Positions 33,626 through 45,448 are shown, counted from the first letter of the stretch. The stretch: 64,000 nucleotides of DNA from Schizochytrium sp. TIO01 (GCA_004764695.1 SMSO01000014.1:5528845-5592844), one strand, 5' to 3'. Numbers and translations are program-made. Notes: generated by a model not told the origin, from the letters alone.

Positions 33626-36121
33626 ATGGACGAGGCGCTCTTGGGCAAGTACGAGGACACGCGAGACGGCTCGCCGGAAACCCCGGGAAAAGCCCCAAAT
33701 AGCAGCTCAAAGCTGGCTCTAGTAGCTGTTGTCTTGGTCCTGCTGATTCTTGTAGGAGCGAGGACAGTGCATGATGGCTGCGACCACCAACGCAGCAACC
33801 AGCGGCACAGTGAAGGTGCCTCGATTAGAGGCTTTCGGGATCCTCACCCCAAGACTTGGAACCCGTGTCTTGCGGCACCGGCAGACTCTCCACCTCCGTA
33901 CCCATGGTGCGATCGCAGCTTAAGTGTCGATCGACGCGCGCGCGAGCTCGTGAAAGAGCTTGAGCTTGAGGAAAAGGCTGGTCTTTTTGGAAATGACGCC
34001 AAAGGGGTGCCAAGACTAGATTTGACATTTTACGAATGGTGGAGCGAAGCTCTTCACGGCGTTGCAAATTCACCTGGCGTTAATTTTGTAGACCCAACCC
34101 CAGTGGCTACTTCGTTTCCTCAGGTACTTACAACAGCCAGCGCTCTCAATCGAACTCTAGTGCGCAAGATCGCATCTGCTATCTCGACTGAAGCACGCGC
34201 TTTTAGCAACCAGGGTCGAGCCTCTCTGACTTTTTGGACACCTAATATCAACATCTTTCGGGATCCGCGCTGGGGTCGAGGACAGGAAACTCCTGGCGAG
34301 GATCCTCTCGTTAACGGCCAATATGCCGTAGACTTTGTACAAAGTTTTCAACGTGACGAAGCAGACCCCCATCATCTCAAGAACTCAGCATGCTGCAAGC
34401 ACTTTGCAGCATACAGCATCGAGAATTGGAAAGGTCATGATCGTATGGAGTTTAACGCAGTTATTTCTCAGCGTGACCTTCATGAAACGTATCTTCCAGC
34501 GTTCAAAAGTTGCGTCACTGAAGGAGGCGTTAGCTCGCTCATGTGTAGTTACAATGCAGTTAATGGTATGCCTTCCTGCGTAAATGACGAACTTATGCAT
34601 GACTTAGCACGGACCGAGTGGGGATTTGAAGGTTACATCACTGGGGACTGTGCTGCCGTGGGCAATGTTTTTGAACGCTTTCATTTCCAAAACCACAGTG
34701 AAGCAGAAGTTGTTCTTGACGTTTTGAGTGCGAACGTGGACATTGACTGCGGTGGGTTTCTACCGAAACACATTATCGAGGCTGTTCAGTCTGGGGTAGT
34801 GCCGGAAGTACTTGTCGACCGGGCTCTTGTGAACTTGTTCAAAGTACAGATTCGACTTGGTATGTTTGATTCTGAAGAAACTCAGCCGTATCGAAAGATT
34901 GGGATAGAGGCCATTGATACACCAGAGCACCGAGAGCTTGCTCTAGAAGCCGCACGTCAAGGTATGGTTCTTTTGAAGAATGCTGACAACATATTGCCTT
35001 TCAGCAAACCATTAGGCGATAAGAATGTGGCGCTTATTGGCCCCCATGCGACATCAGAAAAGGTCATGCAAGGTAATTACTTTGGCCACGCACCATTTGT
35101 AATCTCCATCGAAAAGGGACTCCGTGTTTATGCCTCTAAGCTGCTTGTTGAGCAAGGGTGTCCTTTGCACAACGCATCCTCCCACTCGTCCTTTTTGGGT
35201 TCTCCTGATGGCGAAGCAGGTCTCAAGGCCGCAGTGAAGGCGGCCAAAGTAGCTGACCAGACTATTCTTGCTCTTGGTCTAGATCAGTCTCAAGAAACAG
35301 AGACCCATGATCGCGAGTCTATTGCTTTGCCCGGTCTTCAGCAAGAGCTTTTGAATCGTGTGGCCCAAGCAGCAGTGGACGCCGGTAAACCACCTATTGT
35401 AGTCATTATTTTAGCTGGGGGCGCAATCGACCTTTCTAGTGCTCTTGGGAACGAAAATGTTGGTGCGATTCTTTGGGCCGGCTATCCTGGCCAGGCCGGG
35501 GGCACTGCAATTGCCGAAACCCTATTTGGAGATAACAACCCAAGTGGACGTTTAACTCAGACGTTTTACCCTGAAAGTTTTACATCTACAGTACCGATGA
35601 CAGATATGAACATGCATCCTAACTCAGACACTGGATTCCCTGGACGCACTTATCGCTTCTATACTGGTCCTGTGGTCCTGCCATTTGGGCACGGTCTTTC
35701 ATACTCAGATTTTCGTTATGATATTGGTTTGCCTTTCTGGGATAGGGACTCCATTACATACCCTGTCACTATAAATAACACTGGTTTTTGGGCTGGGGCT
35801 GATGTCCTTATGGCTTACTTACGCCCACCCAAAGATGCTGTGGCAGCTGGAGTTCATGGTGACTTGAATCTCAAACTTCACAAATATCACCGTACTGAGA
35901 TTCTTCAACCGGGTGAGACAGAGGTGGTTTATATTTCGGTTTCACCCATGGACCACTTGAAGGTATTTTCTAATTCGTCACGCGACCCTACCTTTCTTCA
36001 TGCTGAATATGGTTATTGGACTCTTGAGTTGCAAGACTCTCAATCCTCTGGATTTCAGTACTTCCAGCATGCCTCTTCTCGCGAGTTTATGGCTGCTGCA
36101 TCAGCTCAGATCGTCTTGTAA
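33626..36121 (+). CDS. GH3 beta-xylosidase/alpha-L-arabinofuranosidase (BXL-like), 831 aa, N-terminal membrane anchor
   Basis: EWWSEALHGV, ATSFPQV, LTFWTPNINIFRDPRWGRGQETPGEDP, CCKHFAAY, MCSYNAVNG, nucleophile motif YITGDC, WAGYPGQAGG, PGRTYRFYTG, PFGHGLSYS. Confidence 0.95.
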   Translation: MDEALLGKYEDTRDGSPETPGKAPNSSSKLALVAVVLVLLILVGARTVHDGCDHQRSNQRHSEGASIRGFRDPHPKTWNPCLAAPADSPPPYPWCDRSLSVDRRARELVKELELEEKAGLFGNDAKGVPRLDLTFYEWWSEALHGVANSPGVNFVDPTPVATSFPQVLTTASALNRTLVRKIASAISTEARAFSNQGRASLTFWTPNINIFRDPRWGRGQETPGEDPLVNGQYAVDFVQSFQRDEADPHHLKNSACCKHFAAYSIENWKGHDRMEFNAVISQRDLHETYLPAFKSCVTEGGVSSLMCSYNAVNGMPSCVNDELMHDLARTEWGFEGYITGDCAAVGNVFERFHFQNHSEAEVVLDVLSANVDIDCGGFLPKHIIEAVQSGVVPEVLVDRALVNLFKVQIRLGMFDSEETQPYRKIGIEAIDTPEHRELALEAARQGMVLLKNADNILPFSKPLGDKNVALIGPHATSEKVMQGNYFGHAPFVISIEKGLRVYASKLLVEQGCPLHNASSHSSFLGSPDGEAGLKAAVKAAKVADQTILALGLDQSQETETHDRESIALPGLQQELLNRVAQAAVDAGKPPIVVIILAGGAIDLSSALGNENVGAILWAGYPGQAGGTAIAETLFGDNNPSGRLTQTFYPESFTSTVPMTDMNMHPNSDTGFPGRTYRFYTGPVVLPFGHGLSYSDFRYDIGLPFWDRDSITYPVTINNTGFWAGADVLMAYLRPPKDAVAAGVHGDLNLKLHKYHRTEILQPGETEVVYISVSPMDHLKVFSNSSRDPTFLHAEYGYWTLELQDSQSSGFQYFQHASSREFMAAASAQIVL

Positions 36122-36815
36122 TGGTGGTGTTAATTCTTAAAGAGAAGAGTGAAGAAGCAATTAATGGTAGGACGACGCTCAAATTAATGTAAACTAGAAA
36201 ATATCTTACTCCAATTTTTGTATCAATAAACAGGTTCACAAGCAACCACTTCGCAGGACATACTTTTTAGTTTTTGGAACTCGTAGACATTTGCCAGAAT
36301 CATGGTGTAGCAAATTATTTTATATGTCTTGCTCTAACTCTCCCCGCCAAAGTATCGTTCGAGGAGAGCAACATTTCTCTACTTGCAAAGTGTCGCCAAA
36401 CCCAATCACAAACTTAATCTCACTCTCATCCTTCGAAATATCCTCCATCGAGTTTTGGCTCTGACCTGACTACTTGCGAGTGCCTATGATGATCATTATA
36501 ATAATCGTCCCAAGAAACAAATACAAAAACAAGAATAAACAAAGAAACAAAAAAAAAAGTAATTTGATGGAACCCACCTACCCAAGGTAGTAAGTACTTA
36601 CCCCATATCTAGGCCTACTTCCAGATGTGTTAGTAAAGGGACGAAGGTGGTTGGCTTAGACCACTTCTTATAATAAGCCACTTAATGTGGCTGGTGGTCA
36701 CACGAGCAGGAGACCATTGAAGCGAGAGAGCAACGCAGTTCGTTGACTCTGGGCAGTGCGAAAGGTGCTGCGTTCTGTGAATTGACGAAGACTTTGAGCT
36801 TGATACTTTGCAAAG

Positions 36816-37358
36816 ATGCGTCCCTTGACAGAGGATGAGACGAAGACTCTCTTTGAGAAGCTGACCAAGTACATGGGCCAGGATGTCGCACGCCTCATCG
36901 AGCGGAAAGATGAGCGCCATGTCTTCAGACTGCAGAAGCAGCGCGTATACTACTTGAGCGAGTCACAGTTGAAGAGCGCATCTAACTTTGGTCGCGATAA
37001 CCTTGTGGCTATCGGCACGCTCTTTGGCAAGTTCACCAAGTCTGGCAAATTTCACCTCACCATCCACTGCCTCGATTTCATCGCCCAGTATGCCAAGTAC
37101 AAGGTTTGGGTTAAGGCCAACTCGGAGATGAGTTTTCTCTATGGCCACCACGTGACCAAGACTGGTCTTGGCAAGATCACCGAGGGTACCCCGCAATACG
37201 CTGGTGTTGTTGTGTATAGTTTGTCCAATGTGCCATTAGGTTTTGGTCTGGCCGCGCAGTCCACTTCGGCCATGACCAACCTCGAGCCCACCGCCATTGC
37301 AGTTCTCCACCAGGCTGATATTGGTGAGTACCTTCGTGCTGAGCAGGAGATGAACTAA
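36816..37358 (+). CDS. NIP7: 60S ribosome biogenesis protein NIP7 (PUA domain)
   Basis: MRPLTEDETKTLFEKLTKY, GKFTKSGKFHLTI, KYKVWVK..EMSFLYG, PLGFGLAA, HQADIGEYLR; 180 aa. Confidence 0.97.
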   Translation: MRPLTEDETKTLFEKLTKYMGQDVARLIERKDERHVFRLQKQRVYYLSESQLKSASNFGRDNLVAIGTLFGKFTKSGKFHLTIHCLDFIAQYAKYKVWVKANSEMSFLYGHHVTKTGLGKITEGTPQYAGVVVYSLSNVPLGFGLAAQSTSAMTNLEPTAIAVLHQADIGEYLRAEQEMN

Positions 37359-38069
37359 GATGATTCAGTTCTTCTTTTATGACTCCGCCATGAAACCCAT
37401 AATTTACCACGCTCTTCATATCTGGCATTCGCATTCATTGTCACGATCTTTGTTATTTGCCGCCATTCCTATGGTCTTGATGCTCAAGGTTCTAGAACTC
37501 TGCTTTTCAGTGCGAAGAGATCAAGACGGTTGCAAAGAATTACCTGATTTTCAAAGGCAGGGATGCAGGTGTTCTGAGGGATATGCCTGGGAGCATTCAT
37601 GCCTCATAACAATCCTCAGTTTGTACATGGATGCTTTTGCTAAGGATGCCTCTTGGTGCGGTTCATCTCTATATACTCCAATAATCCAACCTACATACCA
37701 AACTCACCTTCACCATCAATATCAACACAGCCCCAATCACCACGACTACTTCCTCTACGTGTGATTTAAACACGGTAGGAACTGCTCATTCTTCGCTCTA
37801 ATGCAACGTTGTTATTACCATTGCATTTGTGACAGCCAAGCAGCTTTTTTGCCCTTTCTCGCAACGTTTATAGTTTACAACCTTCATTCAATGATAAAAC
37901 TTACCCTTTTCTTGACCATTTCTCTTCAGTGTTTTTTCAGATCACGGGTGCAATGTTGGGCCAGCGAAAGATGAAATATTCTAAACTTTATATATATAAT
38001 ATACGTATACTCTAGCCCGCCAAGGCTTGGATTATCCAGACTATACTCAGATCCTTCAGTGATGGGTAA

Positions 38070-38564
38070 CTAGAGTTCTTTGGCTTCGTCAGTATTAGAG
38101 CCCACGATTTGAGAACAAGTTGTAGAATAGACCAAAGGTGCAGCCCCAAGAACTTCATCCATCTTGATACCCAACTTTGAGAGTTGAGCAGAAATCATAC
38201 CTTTAATCATAGAGCTGCTCTCTATCATGGACTGGGTGGCACTTGTGGCTTTCTCAAAACACTCGTCGCCAACTTGGCAGACATGCTTGATGAGTTGTAG
38301 AAGGGTCATGTCTTCGTTGGCGCGCGCTGTCTCTAACATCTTGTCTGATAGTTGGTTCCATGCAGAGCGGCAACTTGGTGGCTCGATTTTGTTGGTCACC
38401 ATCTTCACAAATGGACCAGCCTTTTGCACATATGAGTATCCCGATTTTGGTACAGGGGTGTCGAGCCTCTCCAGAATGCTCTGTACGTCAAATTGGGCCT
38501 CAGCACCTTGCAGGATTGCTGATGCCGCAACAATGGTAATAAGCATAAACCTTAATACCCGCAT
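38070..38564 (-). CDS. Small hypothetical ER-lumen/secretory protein, 164 aa
   Basis: ATG start, signal peptide (MRVLRFMLITIVAASAILQGAEA), four Cys, C-terminal AKEL. Confidence 0.75.
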   Translation of the reverse strand: MRVLRFMLITIVAASAILQGAEAQFDVQSILERLDTPVPKSGYSYVQKAGPFVKMVTNKIEPPSCRSAWNQLSDKMLETARANEDMTLLQLIKHVCQVGDECFEKATSATQSMIESSSMIKGMISAQLSKLGIKMDEVLGAAPLVYSTTCSQIVGSNTDEAKEL

Positions 38565-38866
38565 CTTTGCCTACCGAAGAAGTCGTCGCGAAGTAAATAA
38601 GATATTGTTCTATCTAGCGTTAGTCATTGAAGGTTTTGCTGCAAATAATTAAATGCTGAGTTAGCATCAAAGCTGATTTGTTATGTGTCAAGCTTTGCCA
38701 CAGGCCAAGAGGTGGTTCCATCGTAGACCTAGCACATGATTTTTACAATTCAAGGTTGGCAAGTTTGGGATCACTCAGATATATTTTTGCGATGGAAAAT
38801 TCACCGTTATGGCGATGTTCCGCTGCACATGGATAGATAGCTCCTGCGTACTTACCCACCTTCTGA

Positions 38867-38905
<39 letters not shown>
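38867..38905. repeat. (GAT)13 microsatellite
   Basis: Read directly. Confidence 0.95.
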
Positions 38906-38909
<4 letters not shown>

Positions 38910-39435
38910 GCTATCCCAGTACAAGCGTTTTCAGGTCAGGTGTAACAACACTTGGTTGCAAGCAGGCTGGAAGCAGGCTGGGAGTCTCCCTCGCTGTTGT
39001 CCCTACTGAAGTTGAGCGTTGCTTTTCTGGGGCCTCTGTCCTCAGTCTTGCAGCTGCTGAAGCAACGATATGGTTTAGTGCTATATTCAAGGTTATCAAT
39101 TTTTTAATTCTTTTTAAAGCCCAAAAGATAAAGTTTTTAGAATGACCATTGTAAGTAAAAACTTGCAAATGTCTGCAATAGATCGTTCATTCTGATAGAT
39201 AAGCGAAGTCAAAGCACCTATGCGATATTTAGAACAGAGTAGTACGGTTAGGTCCAGTACTCCTCAGACTATGTTCCGTACTTAAACCAGAGAATCAAAG
39301 TTCCCTATCCACACATGAATTTGAAAAAGAAAATTTCTAAAGAGTAGTTATTCAATTTTTTCAAAACGTTCGACTTTAGAGAATCAAAATCAAACTAAGC
39401 AAGCAAACCTTGTAAATAACCGAATCTCTGGACCC

Positions 39436-40125
39436 ATGGAGACACTCGCAGCGTGGCGGTGCTCAGATGGGCTTGCGGGAGACGTTCCACGGGGCCCCGA
39501 TGCTTTAGTTGCGCGCCTGCAAGCTCTAGACGCATCACTGGCCTCAAATCGGCGTCACGAGCGCGAAGTGGCGCTAACCGCCCGAGCCAATGGTCCTCAG
39601 GCGTGGGCTTTGGCCAGCTCCGAACGGCGCCGAACAGCCGCTGCTGCGGAGAAAACTCGCTCTATTGCTGAAGACCTTCTTGCAAGCCGTGCCGAGGCTG
39701 TTTTCAAACTGCAACGAGGCCGAGATACCTCATGTGTCGCCATGGATCCCGCTGCGGTGCCTGCGTTTAGAAACCTCGTCGAGATCCGCGCAACCGTAGA
39801 ACATATTAACTCAGCAAGAAAAGCTATGGACGAAGCTCACGCACAGACTTGTGGTCCTGTGGATGTTGATGGTGTTGCCAAGGCTGCTGAGACTTTTATT
39901 CAGAGCCGTCTCAAGACCGAGGCAGCTGCAGCAAAACTTAGGGCAAGGCGCTCCGTTGTTGAGGCTTTAGCAGAACAATCTCAATCGAAACCTTCGGAAT
40001 CCCAAGACTCCGGAGACTTATCAAGAGATGCTGATTATGAAGCAGCAAACTCTGGAAACTCACGAAACAGACGTGGATGGAGGCTCAGCGATGAAGCGGA
40101 GCTGGAGGCATTCCTCAAGGTTTGA
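39436..40125 (+). CDS. Coiled-coil protein, probable augmin subunit 2 (HAUS2/AUG2-like), 229 aa
   Basis: Segment IAEDLLASRAEAVFKLQRGRDTSCVAMDPAAVPAFRNLV fits, without gaps, the HAUS2 pattern I..D....K.....RLQ......C...E......F..L as I recall it from plant AUG2; size also fits. Confidence 0.55.
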   Translation: METLAAWRCSDGLAGDVPRGPDALVARLQALDASLASNRRHEREVALTARANGPQAWALASSERRRTAAAAEKTRSIAEDLLASRAEAVFKLQRGRDTSCVAMDPAAVPAFRNLVEIRATVEHINSARKAMDEAHAQTCGPVDVDGVAKAAETFIQSRLKTEAAAAKLRARRSVVEALAEQSQSKPSESQDSGDLSRDADYEAANSGNSRNRRGWRLSDEAELEAFLKV

Positions 40126-40364
40126 GAAAGCTTTCACTTGCACGATAATTTGTACACAGTTTGAGATGGCCAAAGCACTAGCAACGAGGAGCTCGACTCA
40201 AGATAATCCAAGACTTGTGTTGAAACCTCTGGCCTGAAATCATGCCGGGATGGAGGTTCGCATGGAAAGGCTCTACACATGAAGAAATAGACGAATAGCA
40301 ATAATAATTATGATTTATAATTCTGGTGGGTATTAGATTCACAGTTTATGATCCTGATGAACGC

Positions 40365-41645
40365 TTACATGCGCGAGACAGGGGCCTTGACAAGCTTCTC
40401 GGGAGGGCCCGTAGCTAGGGATATCTTACGCTTTGGAGGGTTAGAAGCCCACTCCTTCGGACGTTGATAGATGCCAACGACCGCAGCCCCACCAAGACCA
40501 AGGTTGTGGGTCATTCCAAGTTTCACATTAGGGACCTGGCGGTCACCTGCTTCGTGGCGTAACTGCCAAGAGATCTCACAACACTGAGCAAGACCAGTTG
40601 CACCGAGGGGGTGACCCTTGGAAATGAGCCCACCACTCGGCTGGCAAACAACCTGCCCGCCGTAATCGTTCTGGCCCGACTGCACAAAGTCTTCAGCCTT
40701 ACCTTCTGGACAGAACCTCAAGGCTTCGTAGGTAATAAGCTCATTCGCAGAAAAGCAATCATGTAGCTCGCAAACCTGGATATCTTTGGGGCTAACATTT
40801 GCAGCTTTGTAGGCCGCGTCTGCGGCGGCGCGGCTCATGTCAAAGCCCACGATTTTCATCATATTGGAAGTAGAGCTAAAGACATCTTTGTTGTCCGTAG
40901 CCATTTTCATGCCAATAATCTCTACTGCTTGTCCTTCAAGGCTATGTTTCTTGACAAAGTTTTCAGAGGCCACGATCACCGACGCAGCACCGTCTGAAGT
41001 AGGGCAGCACTGGAGCTTGGTTAGAGGTCCATAGACCTGAGGACTCTTCATGATCTGGTCCAACGAATACTCGTTCATAAATTGTGAATAAGGGTTACGC
41101 GTAGAGTTTTTGTGATTTTTGCACGCAATCTTAGCGAACGTTTCAGACTTTGTACCGTATTTTTCACTGTGCTCCTTGCCAGCATTACCGAACATTTGCG
41201 CAGCCGGAGGCGCTGAGACAAACTCATGCATTTCCATCATCTTCATCATGTGTTTATCCATCGGATTAGTGCGGTCCTGGAATTTTGACCCAAGAGAACC
41301 GCGCTCCATTTTTTCAAAACCCAACGCCATCACACAATCAGATATACCTCCCTCAACAAACTGTTTCGCCATGTAAAGTGCTGTACTCCCCGATGCGCAG
41401 TTGTTATTCACGTTGTATATAGGCACACCAGTGAGTCCAATCTCATACACTGCTCTTTGGCCACACGTAGAGTCTCCATAGCAGTAAGAAGCCACCACTT
41501 GTTCAATAGCACTATACTCAATGCCTGCATCATCGAGCGCTCTTTTCCCGGCCAGAGCGGCAAACTCAGGATAGTCCAACTCCCCCGAACCAGGTTTTTC
41601 AAAGGCCGTCATGCCTACACCCACGACAAAGACGCGTTTGCTCAT
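40365..41645 (-). CDS. Peroxisomal SCPx-type (SCP2) thiolase without the SCP2 domain, 426 aa
   Basis: [74 protein letters not shown]; C-terminal PTS1-like SRM. Confidence 0.95.
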   Translation of the reverse strand: MSKRVFVVGVGMTAFEKPGSGELDYPEFAALAGKRALDDAGIEYSAIEQVVASYCYGDSTCGQRAVYEIGLTGVPIYNVNNNCASGSTALYMAKQFVEGGISDCVMALGFEKMERGSLGSKFQDRTNPMDKHMMKMMEMHEFVSAPPAAQMFGNAGKEHSEKYGTKSETFAKIACKNHKNSTRNPYSQFMNEYSLDQIMKSPQVYGPLTKLQCCPTSDGAASVIVASENFVKKHSLEGQAVEIIGMKMATDNKDVFSSTSNMMKIVGFDMSRAAADAAYKAANVSPKDIQVCELHDCFSANELITYEALRFCPEGKAEDFVQSGQNDYGGQVVCQPSGGLISKGHPLGATGLAQCCEISWQLRHEAGDRQVPNVKLGMTHNLGLGGAAVVGIYQRPKEWASNPPKRKISLATGPPEKLVKAPVSRM

Positions 41646-42274
41646 GATATATTTTGCTTAGCAGCAGCTCAATAACCACAATAATGTCTGGTTCTAAGGA
41701 TGCTTAGCTAGGCCACTTTGCGGAATCTTGAGCTTGCTTCTGCAGACGTCAACATTCACGTTTTGCTTCGGGTTGATGGTTTGATTAGATTGAATTCTGC
41801 GATCTCTACATAGTAAGGTAGGGAGATTGTACCTTGGTACATACGTACGTACCCTGCATGGTTACTAGAGTCTATCTAAAGAAAACAATAATAATTAGGG
41901 CTGAATGCTGGTACTTTCCTTAGCGCGATCATACGAAGACAGGCTCGACTTTTCGAGCATTCAGTGCCAGCACGTTTGCATGACTTGGAGACACGGAGTG
42001 TTTCTTGCGTTCTCATGTAGGGCTGACTGCTTAAACTAGCTTGCCAAATCAAGATGAAATGTTATGTCCAATACGTAGTACCCGGGACTCATCAATTAGA
42101 GTGGTAGGTAAAAGAAAAAAGAAAGAATAAAAGAAAAAGCTGGTTTTACAGGTTTAGATTTAGTCTTCATACGAGAGCTGCTCCTAGAACTGAAAGCGTA
42201 TCGCACAGAAATGAGTTTATATCACGGTGTAGGGAACAATAGGTAGAGACTAGTGTATTTTCCATTCTTTGAAC

Positions 42275-43576
42275 TCACAAAGCTCCGGAGGAAGGACCAC
42301 TAGCCTTTGGAGCTGTGTGCGAACCTCTTAGAAGCTTGAACGCCTCTACTGTGCGGAAGTATATGCCAGTGACAGGATCACGATATTTCGCTGGAAGTCC
42401 TGTAACACTGCAGATCGGGCGCTCTGGTTTTGGCTTGGGTTTGGCATTGATCACTGAGGGAACCTGGTCCACATAGGTAAATGTGAGAGTGGAAATCGGC
42501 GGTGGTGTAGGTTTATGGTCAGGACCAACTTTAACATTGCGAGCCGATGAAAAGTAGATAATTCGTTTTGAGACCTGTTTTTCGGCAGTTTGCTTCTCCC
42601 GTTTCTTTTCCTCTTGAAGCATTAGCATGAGCTCAAGAGAGCGTTTGTTTTCAATCTCTGTACGGGCAGCCTCCTCAAGTAGCTCTTGCTGTGTGAGGCG
42701 TACAAGAGGCTCGCGCACCTTTTTGGGCACAACTTTTGCACGCTCCACGCGCTGTCTAGTAAGATCTTCAGTAGCTTGACTCTGTACACGTGTGGTCTCA
42801 CGAGTACTGCGACGATAGGGAATTGCAATGTTTCGTGCTCGTGGAGCTTTCTTTTTTTCTCCCACCTCAACTTCATCGTTTGCTTCCGTTCGAGGGCGTT
42901 TTTTAGTAGCAGGCTTGAGAGCAGGATCCACATAGATTCCTTTGCGGCGTTTGGCACGGTCACGTTTCTGGTTGCGTTTTTGCTCCTCCTCCTGATCAAT
43001 TGCTTGCTGCACGCGTTCTCGTTCTTCTTGATCTTCATCAACGTCACTGAAGTCTGAGTCCTCAATATCCTTCTTTTCATCAGAATCATACTCATCAGAA
43101 AGAATATCATCGTCGTCTTCGAGTTCCTTCCATGCATCTTGAGCCCAGAACTCCTCATCTGCTTCAGCGGCTTCGCCAACTAACTCGCTCATGCGCTTTC
43201 CACGAGTAGATCTTTGCGGGACCACATATTTCTCTTCCTCTTCCTCTTCGTCGTCGTCGTCGTCCTCTTCTTCTTCTTCTTCATTTTCATTGTTGCTGTC
43301 ATTGTTTCTATGTTTGGCATCTTTGGCATCTTCCTCGCTTTGGGGATCCTTGTCATCTTCATCGATCTTAGTATCCTTATTGTCAATTTCGTTATCGTTG
43401 TTTTTATCGTCGTTGACATCTTTTTGACCTTCTCCAGACTCTGTCTTCTTCGTTTCGTGGTTTTCCTCTTCAACATCCATGATGTCATCATCAGCGACGT
43501 TCTCGGTGTCCTTCTGAGAGCCTTCTTCGACAACATCTTGAGCTGTAGACCGCGAGCTTTTGCGTTCGCCTACCAT
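42275..43576 (-). CDS. VPS72: VPS72/YL1/Swc2 (H2A.Z chaperone subunit of SWR1/SRCAP), 433 aa
   Basis: Acidic N-terminus, RSTRGKRMSELV, DSDFSD, LTQQELLEEAARTEIENKRSL, YL1_C CSVTGLPAKYRDPVTGIYF. Confidence 0.92.
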   Translation of the reverse strand: MVGERKSSRSTAQDVVEEGSQKDTENVADDDIMDVEEENHETKKTESGEGQKDVNDDKNNDNEIDNKDTKIDEDDKDPQSEEDAKDAKHRNNDSNNENEEEEEEDDDDDEEEEEEKYVVPQRSTRGKRMSELVGEAAEADEEFWAQDAWKELEDDDDILSDEYDSDEKKDIEDSDFSDVDEDQEERERVQQAIDQEEEQKRNQKRDRAKRRKGIYVDPALKPATKKRPRTEANDEVEVGEKKKAPRARNIAIPYRRSTRETTRVQSQATEDLTRQRVERAKVVPKKVREPLVRLTQQELLEEAARTEIENKRSLELMLMLQEEKKREKQTAEKQVSKRIIYFSSARNVKVGPDHKPTPPPISTLTFTYVDQVPSVINAKPKPKPERPICSVTGLPAKYRDPVTGIYFRTVEAFKLLRGSHTAPKASGPSSGAL

Positions 43577-43988
43577 CTTGCCCGTGGTCGTTGGTCAAGT
43601 AAATCTAATGCGCGTCAACAGCCGCCAAAGCCTTGGTCACCGCCTTACGTGCTAATGAAACGGCCTACGCCAAATGAGTTGGGGCGTGTTCGCAAGCTCG
43701 ACTACAACCGACAGCCCCTTCAACTTGGCGTTGAGGTATGTTTTCGCAGCTCTGACGGATGATCTTTTTTCCTTGGTTTTCTGTCTCGTTCGTTCTTTTC
43801 TGTTCTTTCCTGCTCTTTAACAGTTGAGGAACTAAAAGCTTCTCCCCTTTCTGAGAACAGACTCAGGAAAAGCTTGAAGAAGCTATAACGTTGCGAGCGA
43901 ATGCACAGATAACACCAAGCCTATACCCTGCCACTCTATACATAAACATGCACAGAAACTGCAGGGAAATAAGAGATTAAGCATGACG

Positions 43989-44660
43989 TTAGAGAGAATT
44001 GGAAAGATAGTATAATGTTTTCTTGAGCTCATGAATCATCAGACTCAGAATACAGGAAGGAAAGAAAATGACTGCTAATTTGAGAATGAAGAAGTACATA
44101 AAATCACGACTATTCTTTACTCCAATCAAGGCCATGATATCACCGAGGGAACCTGGCGCTTTCCACTTACACAAATAGAGCCTACACGCAGTAATCCAAG
44201 CGATTAACCCAACTGACCAATTATTTCGAATTTCTGGCTCAATATTCGCCAAATAAAGCGCGAGAAATATATTTTCTCCTTTCCCGGACTCGTTGCATAT
44301 GGTATGATAGATTCGCTGTTTGTTGATTCTCTATGAAACGAGGACATTGGGCATTATCTCTGACCAAGGAAATGTCAACTTTGGATGGGTTCAGAATCCC
44401 ATCAGACATTTAATCAACCATTTAGCATTGTCGGAATCAATCAACGCACAAGTTCCTGCTGACTCAACATGATAGATTAAACCTAATGCCATATCTTTCG
44501 GTTTTCCTTCTCCGATATAGTTTGAGGAGAAAGTATTGCGATGAGGTTCTTGCATCGTTCGAGTGGGGCAGCCATCAAACGGGCCTGGCTTTACGAGCCG
44601 TATAACCATGGTACTACTGCTATCTCCGGCACGCGCGCCGTCGCTGATAAAAATTATCAC
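43989..44660 (-). pseudogene. Possible decayed coding relic of unknown identity
   Basis: ORFs 44391-44660 and 43989-44252 share a frame; the 224-codon stretch has only two internal stops. No motif recognised. Confidence 0.25.
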
Positions 44661-45249
44661 TACTCGAATGCAACGCTAAATAGTATAAATCTATGCCAAG
44701 AAATCACGAAACCAAAGCCAGCTAGCCACATTGCCAACTTGAAGACCTGTCAGAAATGTGTAGACTACTCCCATTGTTAAACATGTATATCAAAGAATAT
44801 TCCTCAAAGCTGCGTATTACGTCTGCACGCACGGCACGGGCGTCTCTGAGCGTATCAAAGACTACCGAATGGCACCATGGTTGGCCTTGTGGTTTTAATG
44901 TTCAAAAGCTGCGTTATTCTAATGCTTCTGACAATCACTTCTTTCCAAATCCAAGAGTTTTCTGGACACTGGCAAGGATCCCCGCCTCAGCTCAAGTCTT
45001 CAAATATTTCTATCAAGCTGTGACTAAATCAAAGCTCCTGAGATGAAGAAATCCGCATTCTCCGCCCATCCAAATTGTGCAAGTGTCGCACGCGGCGCCG
45101 TGTAATTTAGCTGCTGTTTCGGCAGCAAAATTTCCTGCTGTAGGTGCTCGCTAGTAGTTCTTACGGACCTCGTACTGAAAACTGCCATTGGATCGAAGAG
45201 AGAATTATAATTGATTAATTGAATTTGTATCGATTTATTGATTGGTTTT

Positions 45250-45321
45250 TTGATTGATTGATTGATTTATAATTGATTAATTAATTGAAGTTGTATTGAT
45301 TGATTGATGTATTGATTGATG

Positions 45322-45356
<35 letters not shown>

Positions 45357-45413
45357 GGATGTATTGATTGATGTATTGATTGATGTATTGATTGATGTAT
45401 TGATTGATTGATG

Positions 45414-45448
<35 letters not shown>

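Noticed and set aside
40365-41645. SCPx thiolase lacking its SCP2 domain as a novelty
   Set aside because: Stand-alone SCPx-type thiolases with a PTS1 are known (e.g. C. elegans DAF-22).
43191-43762. Antisense hydrophobic or poly-Ser ORFs over VPS72 (likewise 53928-54508 and many short antisense ORFs)
   Set aside because: Shadow frames of acidic or low-complexity coding tracts.
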